Source of the DNA: Gemmatimonadales bacterium
GTDB taxonomy: Bacteria; Gemmatimonadota; Gemmatimonadetes; Gemmatimonadales; GWC2-71-9
Direction of reading: 5' to 3'
DNA length: 64,000 nucleotides
Assembly: GCA_041615815.1 (NCBI GenBank)
Contig: JBFJCP010000023.1
Coordinates: forward strand, 16,597-80,596
The number at the start of each line of letters is the position of its first letter. Within the stretch, counting starts at the first letter, position 1. Shown here piece after piece: positions 39,955-50,192 of the stretch. A program made the translations under genes and the position numbers. The notes beneath the pieces were generated by a model. That model saw only the letters and a list, made by a program, of their open reading frames with translations. It was not told the DNA's origin and did not search any database.

Positions 39955-41806
39955 ACGCCTCCGGTTGTTTGCGCAAAACCACAAACATGAATACGGCAAT
40001 CCCAACGACGTCCGAAGCCACACCCGGCAAGATCAGCACGACCGCGGCGACTCCGAGGAGCATTCGCTCCCACAGTCCCAAGCTGCGGCGGGCAAAGCCA
40101 ATGACCGCTGCTGCCAGCGCCGTGACGCCTGCCATTGCGGTCAGGGTGGCGACCATGACGTCGATCGGGGATGCAATAAGGAGGAGTGCCGGACCATATA
40201 CAAACATAAAGGGAATGAGAAACCCCGCAGCTGCCAACCCCATAGCGGTGACTGCCGTGCGCATGGGAGTCGCGCCCGCGATGCCCGCCGCGGCGTACGC
40301 AGCGAGGGCAACGGGCGGCGTCACATTGGATAGGCATCCAAAGTAAAAGATGAACAAGTGGGCGGCGAGGAGTGGCACCCCGAGCTCCGTCAGCGCAGGC
40401 GCCCCGAGCGCTGCCAACACAATGTAGGCCGCCGTCGTGGGCAGCCCCATGCCGAGGATGATCGATCCCACTCCAGTGAGGATCAGTGCGACCGGGAGAT
40501 AGCCACCGGACAGGGTCACGATCAATTGGGAAAGCCTCAGACCGATTCCCGTGAGCGAGGCCACGCCCACGACGATCCCGGCCGCGGCACAAGCTGCTGC
40601 CACCTGGACCGTCCCGCGAGCTGCACCCACGACCATCGTGCGGGCGTCAGCCGTTGACAAGCGAGTTGCACTCCGCAAGAAGGTCGCTGCCACGGCGGTG
40701 ATGACACCCCAGAAGGCAGCCCGCATGGGTGAGCGGCCCAGCGCCAGAAGTACCACGATGATCACGAGCGGGCCCAGGAGATGCGCGCTCGATAGTACGG
40801 CGTCCCGATCACTTGGCGGCGTTGGGGGAAGCCCGACCTGCCGCGCTCGAAAGTGAATGGCCATGAATAATGCGGCGTAATAGAGTATTGCCGGGATCGC
40901 CGCCGCCGCCGCTACGCGGATGTATGGGATGTTGGTCCATGTGGCAAGGATAAAAGCGCCGGCGCCCATGATGGGTGGCATCAACTGTCCACCGGTACTC
41001 GATGCCGCTTCAATGGCCGCTGCGAAATGCGGTTTGAAGCCTACGCGGCGCATCACAGGGATGGTCAGACTACCGGTGGTCACCACGTTGGCAACCGCGC
41101 TCCCGGAGAGTGAACCCATGAGCGCACTTGCTACCGCAGCGGTTTTTGCCGGTCCGCCCGGGGTATTCCCGGCCACCCGCCCCGCCAGACCGATGAGCAG
41201 CCGCCCCCCTCCCGCAACGTCCAGGACCGCTCCGAAGAGCACGAACAAATACACGAAGTCCGCGGACACGCCGAGTGGTACCCCCCAGATTCCTTCGGTG
41301 CTGAGGTACAGGTGCTCAATGAGCCGCCGTGGCGCGTAGCCTCGGTGAGCCAGCATCCCCGGAAGCCAGGGTCCGGTCACCGCGTAGGCTAGGGCGAAGA
41401 GCGCGACGGCAACCAGTCCCCAACCGGTGGTACGGCGTGCCAGCTCGAGCACGATCACGATTGCCAAAGCGCCGGCTACCAGATCCACGACAGTTGCCGC
41501 TCCTGCCCGCCGTACGAGGGTCTCGTGCTGCAGCACCAGGTACGCGCACGTCAACAACGTCCCGACGATCAGCGCCGCGACTATCGCTCGTTCGACTCCT
41601 CGTCGCCATGACGACGCGGGCGGGCGCCCGATCGTCATGCGACTGCCAAGTCCCGTAAACGCGAGCACCCCCATCAGCGCGAGATGAACGGGACGCTGAA
41701 TGAGGGCGGTGAATGGCGTGACGCCGGCCGCATATAAATGAAAGAACGCCGCACCAACGGCGATGGCGACCACAATGGGTCCCACCAGAGGCTTTCCCGC
41801 TTTCAC
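39944..41806 (-). CDS. TRAP transporter fused 4TM/12TM permease
   Basis: GGPAKTA, SGSAVANV, STGGQLMPPIMGA, GMGLPT and TPPVALAAYA. Confidence 0.93.
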   Translation of the reverse strand: MKAGKPLVGPIVVAIAVGAAFFHLYAAGVTPFTALIQRPVHLALMGVLAFTGLGSRMTIGRPPASSWRRGVERAIVAALIVGTLLTCAYLVLQHETLVRRAGAATVVDLVAGALAIVIVLELARRTTGWGLVAVALFALAYAVTGPWLPGMLAHRGYAPRRLIEHLYLSTEGIWGVPLGVSADFVYLFVLFGAVLDVAGGGRLLIGLAGRVAGNTPGGPAKTAAVASALMGSLSGSAVANVVTTGSLTIPVMRRVGFKPHFAAAIEAASSTGGQLMPPIMGAGAFILATWTNIPYIRVAAAAAIPAILYYAALFMAIHFRARQVGLPPTPPSDRDAVLSSAHLLGPLVIIVVLLALGRSPMRAAFWGVITAVAATFLRSATRLSTADARTMVVGAARGTVQVAAACAAAGIVVGVASLTGIGLRLSQLIVTLSGGYLPVALILTGVGSIILGMGLPTTAAYIVLAALGAPALTELGVPLLAAHLFIFYFGCLSNVTPPVALAAYAAAGIAGATPMRTAVTAMGLAAAGFLIPFMFVYGPALLLIASPIDVMVATLTAMAGVTALAAAVIGFARRSLGLWERMLLGVAAVVLILPGVASDVVGIAVFMFVVLRKQPEAYAT

Positions 41807-41821
41807 CGGCGCAGTTTGGTG

Positions 41822-41861
41822 GAGGGCGTCTTCACGCCGCGTGTGACGCGAAGACGCCCTC
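41822..41861. terminator. Intergenic stem-loop between the M14 peptidase and TRAP permease genes
   Basis: GAGGGCGTCTTC...GAAGACGCCCTC is a perfect 12-bp stem. There is no clear U-tract, so it may be a stability or processing element instead. Confidence 0.5.
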
Positions 41862-41867
41862 GTTCGG

Positions 41868-44708
41868 CTAGTTGGCGCCGCTCATGGCAGCGTCGCGCGC
41901 TGCCGGAGCAGCCCCGCCGAGATAGACCGCGTTGAAGAACAACTTGAAGGTGCCGTGGGGCTGGCCCCGCTGCAGGACTTCCGGACCCATGAGGTAGAGC
42001 TGCCCGCTCCCGACACGGGCCGCGGCAATCGCGGTTCCGCCTTCGAGGTATTGTTGGCCCCAGGCCCAGCCGCTCCTCAGGGGGGTATCCGAATCGAACC
42101 AGGCGACGGGCGTCACACCGTGCATTGCGGCTGACGGCATCAGGCGAAGCACGGGACTGTTGTTGAAGAACACATCCACATGTTCTGGCACGCCGTACGC
42201 GAGCGGATGTGTGTTGTCCACGCGCACCTGCAAGACCGATCCCGGAATGTAGTACTGGTCACGGGTAAGCGGTTTCTTGTTGTCCGCCGTCAGATGATTG
42301 GAAACGGGTAGGCCCAAGTGATGAGCAATGCTGGTGGAACCGCCAATGGCAACGATGGTGCCACCGCCTTCGAGGAATCTCTTGAGCTGCGGCACCGTCT
42401 TCGCCGTTGTGACCCGCCCGAGCCTACTGCGATATTCGGCTGGGAGGCGCTCGGGATCTTCAGGTCCAAAGAACCGCGCGAACATATCTTCTCGATCAGT
42501 CATCGAAATCGCGCCGGTGGGGAATACCAAGACGTCGAATCGGTCGCGGAGATTCCCCTCGTCGAGAGTCGGTGGGAAAACCACCTCGTAGGGGAATTCG
42601 AACTGCTCGAACAGCCACCGGGTCCAGCCCGAGGGCATGGAGCCACCGTACTGATCCCATAGTGCGATGCGCACGGGACGCATCTCCAGCAATCCGGCTG
42701 AAGGCCTTGTGGTAATGCCATCCGCCCCGAGCCCGAGTCCGGTGGCGGCCTGACGCAAGATATCGACCGCACCTGTGCTGGCCGGCACGTAGATCGTGCC
42801 CTTGGGATACGTCTTACCGTTCGCTCTCAATGACTCCGTCAGCCAGAACACGTCATGGCCATTCTTCAGGAGCCGGTTCATAGCAATGAAAGCGTCGTTC
42901 GCTGCATGACTGATCAGAAAGCCAGTGGCGCCATTGGCACTCGCCAGCGCGGCCGGAGGCGGCGAAGCGAATCCATCGATCTTTTCGAAAGGGCCGTCGA
43001 AGCCGTCGAGCATGCGATCGAACTCGACGCCCATCAAGAAAGCTAGGGTCCAACCCGCGTTGTCGTACGGAGGAATCGGTGGTCCGCCCTCATACTCGAA
43101 GTCGTGAGGGTGCGCCTGAGGTTCGAACATGTCGATGACGTGTGGCCGGAAAGCCTGCGCGCTCTTCACGACGTAGGAGCCAGCCGGATACCGCTTGCCC
43201 GCAACCTCGAAATCGCGGGTCGCCCGATGGATCGTAATACCGGTCTTGATCAGCGTGTTGACGAATTTCGTGGCCGTACCGAAGTCCCGCTGACTGGCGG
43301 GGATGATATATCCTCGGGGGTCCCGATCCTCCGGCTGTCGCAGCATCGTGAAATGCTCTTTCGGAATACCGCGAAACCGGCGGAAGAATGCGGGCAGGTC
43401 GGGATCACCGCCGTCGTCCTCGGCCGCGGCTGCCACTGCATCAATCTGTGCCGGCTCGATTGTCCAATGGTCGCGGCTGCCCCGCTCGATGGAGTTTTGT
43501 CCCATCCGATAGATGTTGTAGAGCAATATCTCACGATAGCGAGATGCATAGTCGAGCACAGCTCGGTTAGCCGTGAGCGAGTACTCGATGGATTGTCGGA
43601 AATGCCATGGCTGTGGCTCGATGGGGAAGGGAAGATCGCCGCTTGGCAGCTGCCGCTCTGGCAGAAACGGAATCTCCATTGGCGTGGGATTACCAATGGT
43701 TTCCGTGAGTAGCGCGATTTGGTTGTGAAAGTACGCGGTCGTCCGAAGCCCACCGTTCCACCACGTTGAGTATCCCGCGCCATGTCGCATGGTGGTGCCG
43801 GGCTTTCCCTCCGCGATGAAACGATAGTGCATCGCGGCGCCCACCATGTCGGTTCCGGCCCAGACCAGTGGATCGAAATTGTAGTTGAAGGGATCGCGGA
43901 AGGGCGGCGCAAACATCACCGTTCCCGCCGGCCCGGTTTGGTGGTGGTTGTAGATGATCTGAGGAAACCACTCGCGGAACATGATCCGGGCCATGTTCTC
44001 AGTTTCTGGCTGTGTGACCATGAAAAAGTCACGGTTATTGTCGTGCCCGATGTACTTCTGATACAGTCGTGGTATTCCCCGCGTGGTGCGGTTCTCCGGA
44101 GCCGACTCGCGCATGTACCAGCGCGAAACCAGCTCCATACCGTCTGGATTGGCGTGGACTGCGAGAATGATGACGTCGTTCAGGAAGCGTTGGGTCTCGG
44201 AATCATTGCCACTCACGAGTTGATAGACGAGCTCCATGAGCTGATGCGCGCCAAGAACCTCCGTCGCGTGCAGGCCACCGTCGATCCAGACGACGGCCTT
44301 GCCCTCGGCGGCCAAACGACGTGCCTCTTCGTCGCTCAGTCCCTCGGCGAGGGCGAGCCGTTGGCTGATGCTCTTGTAGTGAGCGAGGTTGCGGTGGTTC
44401 TCCTGAGACGTGATGATCGCCATGTACTGCGGTCGTCCCTCCGCCGTAGTCCCCATCTCCTCTAGGACCATGCGGGGTGATTCTCGTTCCAGTGTCTTCC
44501 AGTACGCCGTGAGTTGGGTGTAGGTGGCGAGGTGATAGTCGTCGCCGATGTTGAAACCGAGGGCCTCTTTGGGTGGGGTGATCTTCGCCGGGGCCGTGGT
44601 CGCCACCTGCGCCGAGGCAGCGGTGGTCCACAGAAGGGCAACCATGGCTGCAGTGAGCCAGCGGCGGTGGGCGAAGGGAGACCGAGATCGCGGCATTGGA
44701 GTCACCAC
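41868..44708 (-). CDS. Secreted M14 family zinc carboxypeptidase
   Basis: Signal peptide; GLHATE (HxxE), NPDG, DNNRD and YNHHQ; C-terminal GATase-like domain. Confidence 0.88.
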   Translation of the reverse strand: MVTPMPRSRSPFAHRRWLTAAMVALLWTTAASAQVATTAPAKITPPKEALGFNIGDDYHLATYTQLTAYWKTLERESPRMVLEEMGTTAEGRPQYMAIITSQENHRNLAHYKSISQRLALAEGLSDEEARRLAAEGKAVVWIDGGLHATEVLGAHQLMELVYQLVSGNDSETQRFLNDVIILAVHANPDGMELVSRWYMRESAPENRTTRGIPRLYQKYIGHDNNRDFFMVTQPETENMARIMFREWFPQIIYNHHQTGPAGTVMFAPPFRDPFNYNFDPLVWAGTDMVGAAMHYRFIAEGKPGTTMRHGAGYSTWWNGGLRTTAYFHNQIALLTETIGNPTPMEIPFLPERQLPSGDLPFPIEPQPWHFRQSIEYSLTANRAVLDYASRYREILLYNIYRMGQNSIERGSRDHWTIEPAQIDAVAAAAEDDGGDPDLPAFFRRFRGIPKEHFTMLRQPEDRDPRGYIIPASQRDFGTATKFVNTLIKTGITIHRATRDFEVAGKRYPAGSYVVKSAQAFRPHVIDMFEPQAHPHDFEYEGGPPIPPYDNAGWTLAFLMGVEFDRMLDGFDGPFEKIDGFASPPPAALASANGATGFLISHAANDAFIAMNRLLKNGHDVFWLTESLRANGKTYPKGTIYVPASTGAVDILRQAATGLGLGADGITTRPSAGLLEMRPVRIALWDQYGGSMPSGWTRWLFEQFEFPYEVVFPPTLDEGNLRDRFDVLVFPTGAISMTDREDMFARFFGPEDPERLPAEYRSRLGRVTTAKTVPQLKRFLEGGGTIVAIGGSTSIAHHLGLPVSNHLTADNKKPLTRDQYYIPGSVLQVRVDNTHPLAYGVPEHVDVFFNNSPVLRLMPSAAMHGVTPVAWFDSDTPLRSGWAWGQQYLEGGTAIAAARVGSGQLYLMGPEVLQRGQPHGTFKLFFNAVYLGGAAPAARDAAMSGAN

Positions 44709-44803
44709 CTTTAGAGAGATTCTGGGGCGTTAGAACAGGCTGCCGTAGGGTTGGCTAAGTTGTAGAATAGCCGGTCGATGCGATGCGGCGCCAGGTTGAG
44801 GAT

Positions 44804-47800
44804 TTAACCCCAATCTTTGGATCCCGGAGCGTGACGCCGCAGTCGCTTGAGAAAAGAATATGGAGAGTGGGCAGGAGCAGCAGACGCGTCTGAAAGGCCC
44901 GGTGTCCGTCCGTCCGGCATTCCGCTGGTCCGTCGCACTCGCAACGCTCGCACTTCTTCCGCGATGATGTTGACCGTTCCGTCATCACGGGCGAGGGTTC
45001 CGGTGATCCACAAAAAAGGCTCTCCCCGAATTGCGATCCGATCACGCTCGAACACCTTTGGTCGGACGATAGCGTTGATCATCCCGGTCTCGTCTTCTAT
45101 GAGAATGAACGTGAAACCACGAGCGGTTTGTGGCCGCTGTCGAGCGACGACCAGCCCGGCCACTTCGACGGGACCCTCATGCTCGATCTCTTCGAGCCGG
45201 TCACTGCGTATCACGTTTGCTGGCAGTGCATCCCGCAACAGTGAGAGGGGGTGTCCACTTGCTGCGAACCCGAGGACTTCGTATTCCGCCAAAAGCTGTT
45301 CGTCCTGGGTCAATGTGCCGAACGACAGGCCCTCGTGGGGATGGTTGAGCGGAAGCTCGAGCTGCCGTCGGACCCGTCGGCGGTCCGGTGGTTCCGTTTT
45401 GGGGGGGAGCCAGAGACCCGCCTGCCAGAGTAGCTCACGGCGAGTGAGGCCAAAGCCGTCGCATCCCCCCACCCAAACCAGGTTGTCGATGCAGTCGCGG
45501 GAGAGTCCTGCGGGAGCGCGGCGTACGAAATCACCCAGGCTACGAAACGGCCCACGGTGTTCCCGCTCCAGTACGACCTGCTCGGCCACGTCCAGTCCCC
45601 AATTCCGAATGAAACCAAGCCCCACACGAACGCATTGCTCTTCGATCGTGCAGTGGACATCACTTGCGTTGATGTCCGGCAGCTTGACCTGAACGTCGTG
45701 GCGCGCAGCGTCACGCCCTAAAGCGTCCAAGGAGTAAAAACCCATGGGCTGATTGTTGAAGAGCGCAGTGTAGTACTCGACGGTATGGTAGTGTCTGAGC
45801 CAAGCCGATTGGTAAGCGAGGAGACCGAACGCCGCCGCGTGAGATTTGGGGAACCCGAACTCCGAAAAGGCCACCACTTGTTCGAAGACACGGCGGGCCA
45901 CGGCCTCAGACACGCCCCGGTTTGCCGCGCCGTCGCGAAAATCCTCCCAGAAATTCTCCATGAGTTCTCGCGATCGCCGCCGGCTCATGGCGCGCCGCAA
46001 CGCCTCGGCCTGACCAGCGGTGAACCCGGCCAGTGCTTGGCACACTTGGAGCACTTGATCCTGATAAACGATGACCCCAAGTGTCTCGCTTAACGCTTCC
46101 CGCAGTAACGGATGAGCCACTGGTGGCTCGTAGAGATCGCCACGTTCCCGAGCGCGGCGCTGCTCCTCTCGACGTCGAACGTAGGGATTGACCGCACCGC
46201 CGACGATGGGACCGGGTCTGACAATCGCGACTTCGATCGCAAGGTCTTCGAGGTTTCGTGGCCGTGTGCGCCGAATCATCTGGATCTGGGCGCGGCTCTC
46301 GATCTGGAACAATCCTACGGTGTCGCCGGAACAGATCTGATCGTAGACCGCCTCGTCGGTAAATTCGATCCGACTGAGGTTAGGTGTGGTCCCTTCCTTC
46401 CGTGCTATCAGTTCCGTGCACTCCTCTACTAATGAAAGCATGCCAAGGGCAAGGAAATCGATCTTGATGAATCGTGCATCGTCACACGAATCCTTGTCCC
46501 ACTGACAAAGGACGCGGTCCGGCATAGCCGAGCGCTCGAGTGGGACGATCTCCACAAGGGGGCGGCTGGAAATGATCATGCCTCCCACATGCTGCGAGAT
46601 GTGCCGTGGAAGTCCTGCGATTTCCTCAGCGAGCTCGCAAAGCTCGCGCCATAGGGGAGCATCGACCCGATCGGCCATTCCCGGAAGCTGACGTAGCTCC
46701 TCTCGCAATCCGTTGGCCGAATAGTGGCTGGCCAGACGAGCCACCTGCTCGATCTCGCCTGGCGGCAAGTCGAGGGCCTTGCCAAGCTCGCGCACCGCGG
46801 AACGAAGCCGATACGTGGGAAATGTACAGACGAGGCCCACATGCTCCTCTCCATACCGCTGATACACCCGCCGCATGAGCTCCTCACGGATCTCACGGGA
46901 GAAGTCGAGATCGATGTCGGGAACGGAAGCCAGGGTTTCGTTGAGAAACCGACCGAGAAAGAGACGATTTTGGATGGGATCGATATGCGAAAGACCGAGG
47001 AGATAACAGACAATGGACGAGACCGACGATCCACGCCCCCGTCCGGGAAGCATATTGCCGAGTGCTCGGCGGGTTCCGCGACGCACATCCGCAGCAACCG
47101 CACGAGCGAGATCGAAGAGATCGTGATAGACGAGGAAGAAGCCGCAGAGTCCATGATGGGCGATCAGACGTAGTTCCTCCTCGAGCCGATCCACGGCATC
47201 GCGATGGTGTTGGGAATCTACCGGATAGTTTTCCTCCAACTTCGCACGACAGAGCTCACCCAACGCTTGCGGTGGAGTGCGGCCGTTGGCGCCACGAAAA
47301 TCGGGAAAGGTGTATCCCAAATCCTTCGTGAGATCGAAGGCCGTACACCGTTCGGCGATCAGTACCGTGTTGGCGATCGCATCCGGACGGTCCCGAAAAG
47401 CGATCTGCATGTCAGCGGGGCGACGCAGGAAAAATTCGCTGTTGGGCTTTCGAACGTCGTGCGATGCGTCCAGAGTGGTTCGATGTCGAATGGCTACCAA
47501 CGCATCGTATAGTCGGTGACGCTCGCGACGATGATAATGCACGTCACCCGTGGCGACGACCGAGAGTCCCACGGCGTCGGCGATATCACAGAGAGCCCTC
47601 GTACGTGCCCGGTCGCCCTGCACGGCGTTTCGCTGGAGCTCGACGAAGAATCGTTCCATACCAAACACGGCACGACAGCGTTCGGCCAAACGTCGTGCAG
47701 CCGTATACCCTTCCCGATCGAGCACCTGCGGCAGTAATCCATCCCGGCATCCCGATAGAACGAGCAGTCCTTCGTGACGCTCTTCCAATGAAGCGAAATC

Positions 47801-48118
47801 AAGCCGAGGATCGCGGCGATCCTCACGTTGGAGATGCGCTTCAGTGAGAAGACGGCACAGGTTTGCGTACCCGGTGGGTGTCTCGACGAGCAGAGTGACG
47901 TGCGAGCCATCCAACAGCGAGACCTCGGCACCGGTGATGGCTTGGATTCCCAGATGCTTGGCCGCCTGAGCAAACGCCATCGACCCGTATATGCCGTTGT
48001 GGTCGGTCAGGGCCATTGCCGGATACTCGAACTCATGGGCCTGGAGCACCAGTTGTTCGGGGTGCGAAGCACCATCGAGGAACGAGAACGCGGAATGACA
48101 GTGGAGTTCGATGTACAT
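44804..48118 (-). CDS. dnaE2: Error-prone DNA polymerase III alpha homologue
   Basis: PHP motif ELHCHSAFSFLDGAS; GRGSS, PDIDLDF, KIDFLALG, FPKSHA and NNQPMGFY; OB-fold ARQRPQTA; C-terminal SKDWG (DnaE2 SRDF-like); downstream of imuB. Confidence 0.95.
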   Translation of the reverse strand: MYIELHCHSAFSFLDGASHPEQLVLQAHEFEYPAMALTDHNGIYGSMAFAQAAKHLGIQAITGAEVSLLDGSHVTLLVETPTGYANLCRLLTEAHLQREDRRDPRLDFASLEERHEGLLVLSGCRDGLLPQVLDREGYTAARRLAERCRAVFGMERFFVELQRNAVQGDRARTRALCDIADAVGLSVVATGDVHYHRRERHRLYDALVAIRHRTTLDASHDVRKPNSEFFLRRPADMQIAFRDRPDAIANTVLIAERCTAFDLTKDLGYTFPDFRGANGRTPPQALGELCRAKLEENYPVDSQHHRDAVDRLEEELRLIAHHGLCGFFLVYHDLFDLARAVAADVRRGTRRALGNMLPGRGRGSSVSSIVCYLLGLSHIDPIQNRLFLGRFLNETLASVPDIDLDFSREIREELMRRVYQRYGEEHVGLVCTFPTYRLRSAVRELGKALDLPPGEIEQVARLASHYSANGLREELRQLPGMADRVDAPLWRELCELAEEIAGLPRHISQHVGGMIISSRPLVEIVPLERSAMPDRVLCQWDKDSCDDARFIKIDFLALGMLSLVEECTELIARKEGTTPNLSRIEFTDEAVYDQICSGDTVGLFQIESRAQIQMIRRTRPRNLEDLAIEVAIVRPGPIVGGAVNPYVRRREEQRRARERGDLYEPPVAHPLLREALSETLGVIVYQDQVLQVCQALAGFTAGQAEALRRAMSRRRSRELMENFWEDFRDGAANRGVSEAVARRVFEQVVAFSEFGFPKSHAAAFGLLAYQSAWLRHYHTVEYYTALFNNQPMGFYSLDALGRDAARHDVQVKLPDINASDVHCTIEEQCVRVGLGFIRNWGLDVAEQVVLEREHRGPFRSLGDFVRRAPAGLSRDCIDNLVWVGGCDGFGLTRRELLWQAGLWLPPKTEPPDRRRVRRQLELPLNHPHEGLSFGTLTQDEQLLAEYEVLGFAASGHPLSLLRDALPANVIRSDRLEEIEHEGPVEVAGLVVARQRPQTARGFTFILIEDETGMINAIVRPKVFERDRIAIRGEPFLWITGTLARDDGTVNIIAEEVRALRVRRTSGMPDGRTPGLSDASAAPAHSPYSFLKRLRRHAPGSKDWG

Positions 48119-48262
48119 GAAGAAGGGCGCAGGAGAGGCAGCTCATCCATCCACTCTCTCCCGAGGCAGTGGCGGCAGTCGATGACGTCGGTCACCAAAC
48201 ATCTTCTGCCGCTTCACCCCAGGGGAAGTGGAAGGGCGGGGCTGTCTCCTCTGCCGCCGCCG

Positions 48263-48625
48263 TTATGGCTTCTGCATGAACCATTCGTTGGTCATCAGGT
48301 TCTCGAACAACACCATGTGCCCTCCTCCTTCCATTGCCACGTCGACGTAGCGTCGCGAAACGGGCTTTCTCCACCACTCGTCGTCGATACGCCAGATTTC
48401 CAGGATCTCTTCCACCCTTCGCGCGTCATCCATGAGAGTGATGCATTCGCGGGCGCCTTTGGTTCTTCTGTCCCCGCTGCCCGCACTGTCCCTACTGCTC
48501 CCATCAACCTTTTCTCTTACTGCCACAGGCATACCAGCTGCGTCGAGCTCGACCTCGACGCGTACAGGCACGTTCAGGGCTCGAAGTCGATCAGCGCGTA
48601 CCGGCGCTCGGGAAGACGTGACCAT
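48263..48625 (-). CDS. Small DUF6504-like protein of the mutagenesis cassette
   Basis: LNVPVRVEV...VEEILEIWRIDDEWWRKPVSRRYVDV...LFENLMTNEWF resembles the ImuB C-terminal/DUF6504 module. Confidence 0.75.
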   Translation of the reverse strand: MVTSSRAPVRADRLRALNVPVRVEVELDAAGMPVAVREKVDGSSRDSAGSGDRRTKGARECITLMDDARRVEEILEIWRIDDEWWRKPVSRRYVDVAMEGGGHMVLFENLMTNEWFMQKP

Positions 48626-49968
48626 GGATGCACCTCGATGACGTGATAGAGCATGGAGCGTTTGAGGCGGGTCTGGATCTCGCGGGCTGCTGTCCGCAAT
48701 GCGCGCTGCCTGCCGGCACGGGCACTGCTCTCGGCATCTCGAACAAAGAGCTGTAACTCGTCCGTTCCACGAACGAATTCGATGAACTCAATGGCCAGAT
48801 GTTCCACCGCTCCCACCGGAGGAGATTGCTCGAGGCGGGTGTTGAGCGGTTGGGCGATGCGTTCTCGAATGGCCGAAGGGTCTTTGAGAGCCACCTCGAC
48901 CATCCATGAGGCTCCGTTTTCGAGGACTGCGCGAGCGCGGAGTACATGTATACGCCACCCATGGCGTCGGGGATGCTTCAGTGCCCGATCGATCAGCAAC
49001 CCCAGGGCGTGGGCCAGCATTCCCCGATCCGCCACCGGTGTGAGATAATCGAGAGCGGCAATAATAGGCTCGGGACGCGGTCGGCCAACTACCGGATCGT
49101 CAGTGACGCCTGTTGCGAGTTGCCAGGCATATCGCCCCTCACGACCGAACTGGGCGACCAAGGCCTCTTCCGGTAAAGCGGCCACGTCGGCAAGCGTTTT
49201 GATGCCGAGTTGCCAGAGTCGGCGTTGGGTGTCGAGCGTGACGGGTAGGGCGACGATGGACTGCACAGCGAGGAATATCGTGCGGCGCTGATCGGGGATG
49301 ATCACCCACTCACCGGGTTTGGCTTTGGCCGCTGCCACCCAAGCCACGAACTTGCCACGCGCCCAACCCAGCCGCACCCAGTCCACCCAACTCGCCCGTT
49401 CCGAAAGACCACTGCCGCCCTCGCTCTTTTTTCGGATTCGGCGACCCCATCGCTCTCCTGCTCCCCGGTCTCGGCTCCCCGCTCCCGCATACCGCTCGAT
49501 CGCAGCTCGGATGGCGAGCAATTGCTCTTCGGGTCCTCCCACTAGCCGATCCAATCCATCCACGCCCACGAACACCTTCCCCAACTCGACGGGCTCGACG
49601 ATCGGACTGATACTGCTCAGTGCGAGGAGAATGCGAGCGAACTGCTCGTCGTAATACACGGGGTCCGGCTCACACAATGCCAAAGATGGACACAAGCCAA
49701 TCGCCTGGCTCACGGTCATCCCGGTCTTGACTCCAAGACGTCGGGCAAGTGAGGAAACCTGCCAGAGTCGGCGGGTGTCTTCCGGCGCGAGCACCGCCGC
49801 GGGTTTCGCGGCCAACTCGGGCCGCCGCAACTCCTCGGCGCGCAGGGTAAACGTGGGAATCCAAACACACACAGCGGAATCGCTGGCGAGTACGGGTCCT
49901 TCGGCAGCGTGGACCGGTGGACCGGCAGTTGGATGCGCTGGCGGATGGACAGGAGGCATCAAGACCAT
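48574..49968 (-). CDS. imuB: Inactive Y-family polymerase homologue ImuB
   Basis: ARRLGVKTGMTVSQAIGLCP, LWQLGIKTLADVA and QFG. Catalytic Asp motifs are replaced (CVWIPTF; VEPVELGKVF). Clamp-like ELQLF present. Start is ATG 49968 or 49959. Confidence 0.9.
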   Translation of the reverse strand: MVLMPPVHPPAHPTAGPPVHAAEGPVLASDSAVCVWIPTFTLRAEELRRPELAAKPAAVLAPEDTRRLWQVSSLARRLGVKTGMTVSQAIGLCPSLALCEPDPVYYDEQFARILLALSSISPIVEPVELGKVFVGVDGLDRLVGGPEEQLLAIRAAIERYAGAGSRDRGAGERWGRRIRKKSEGGSGLSERASWVDWVRLGWARGKFVAWVAAAKAKPGEWVIIPDQRRTIFLAVQSIVALPVTLDTQRRLWQLGIKTLADVAALPEEALVAQFGREGRYAWQLATGVTDDPVVGRPRPEPIIAALDYLTPVADRGMLAHALGLLIDRALKHPRRHGWRIHVLRARAVLENGASWMVEVALKDPSAIRERIAQPLNTRLEQSPPVGAVEHLAIEFIEFVRGTDELQLFVRDAESSARAGRQRALRTAAREIQTRLKRSMLYHVIEVHPWSRLPERRYALIDFEP

Positions 49969-49970
49969 TG

Positions 49971-49990
49971 AAACCGAAGAAAACCCGATA
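49971..49990 (-). promoter_or_regulatory. Direct-repeat operator copy 2 (TATCGG-GTTTTC-TTCGGTTT)
   Basis: Lies immediately upstream of the imuB ATG and matches the copies at 49998 and 52430. Confidence 0.7.
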
Positions 49991-49997
49991 ACCAAGG

Positions 49998-50032
49998 AAA
50001 CCGAATATATCCCGAAAATCGCAGTGTTGCAA
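49998..50032 (-). promoter_or_regulatory. Sigma70-type imuB promoter (TTGCAA-N17-TATATT) overlapped by operator copy 1 (TTTCGG-GATATA-TTCGGTTT)
   Basis: -35 at 50027-50032, -10 at 50004-50009, operator at 49998-50017. Confidence 0.75.
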
Positions 50033-50192
50033 GGTCTAGATGTGGTTCCTATAAGTCTTTTAATGACATGTGTTTAGTTGCTAGACATGGTGCTGCGCGC
50101 CGCCGTCAGACTGGCGAAGCCATCCACCCATCCGGGACGATGTGAGCGAGTGTGGGCTTCCCCGTGGGTACCCCCGTCCCTAACCTCTTATC

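Noticed and set aside
50040..50090. AT-rich tract between imuB and DUF72 as an att/dif site
   Set aside because: No matching partner repeat or recombinase in the window; at most a nucleoid-protein binding site.
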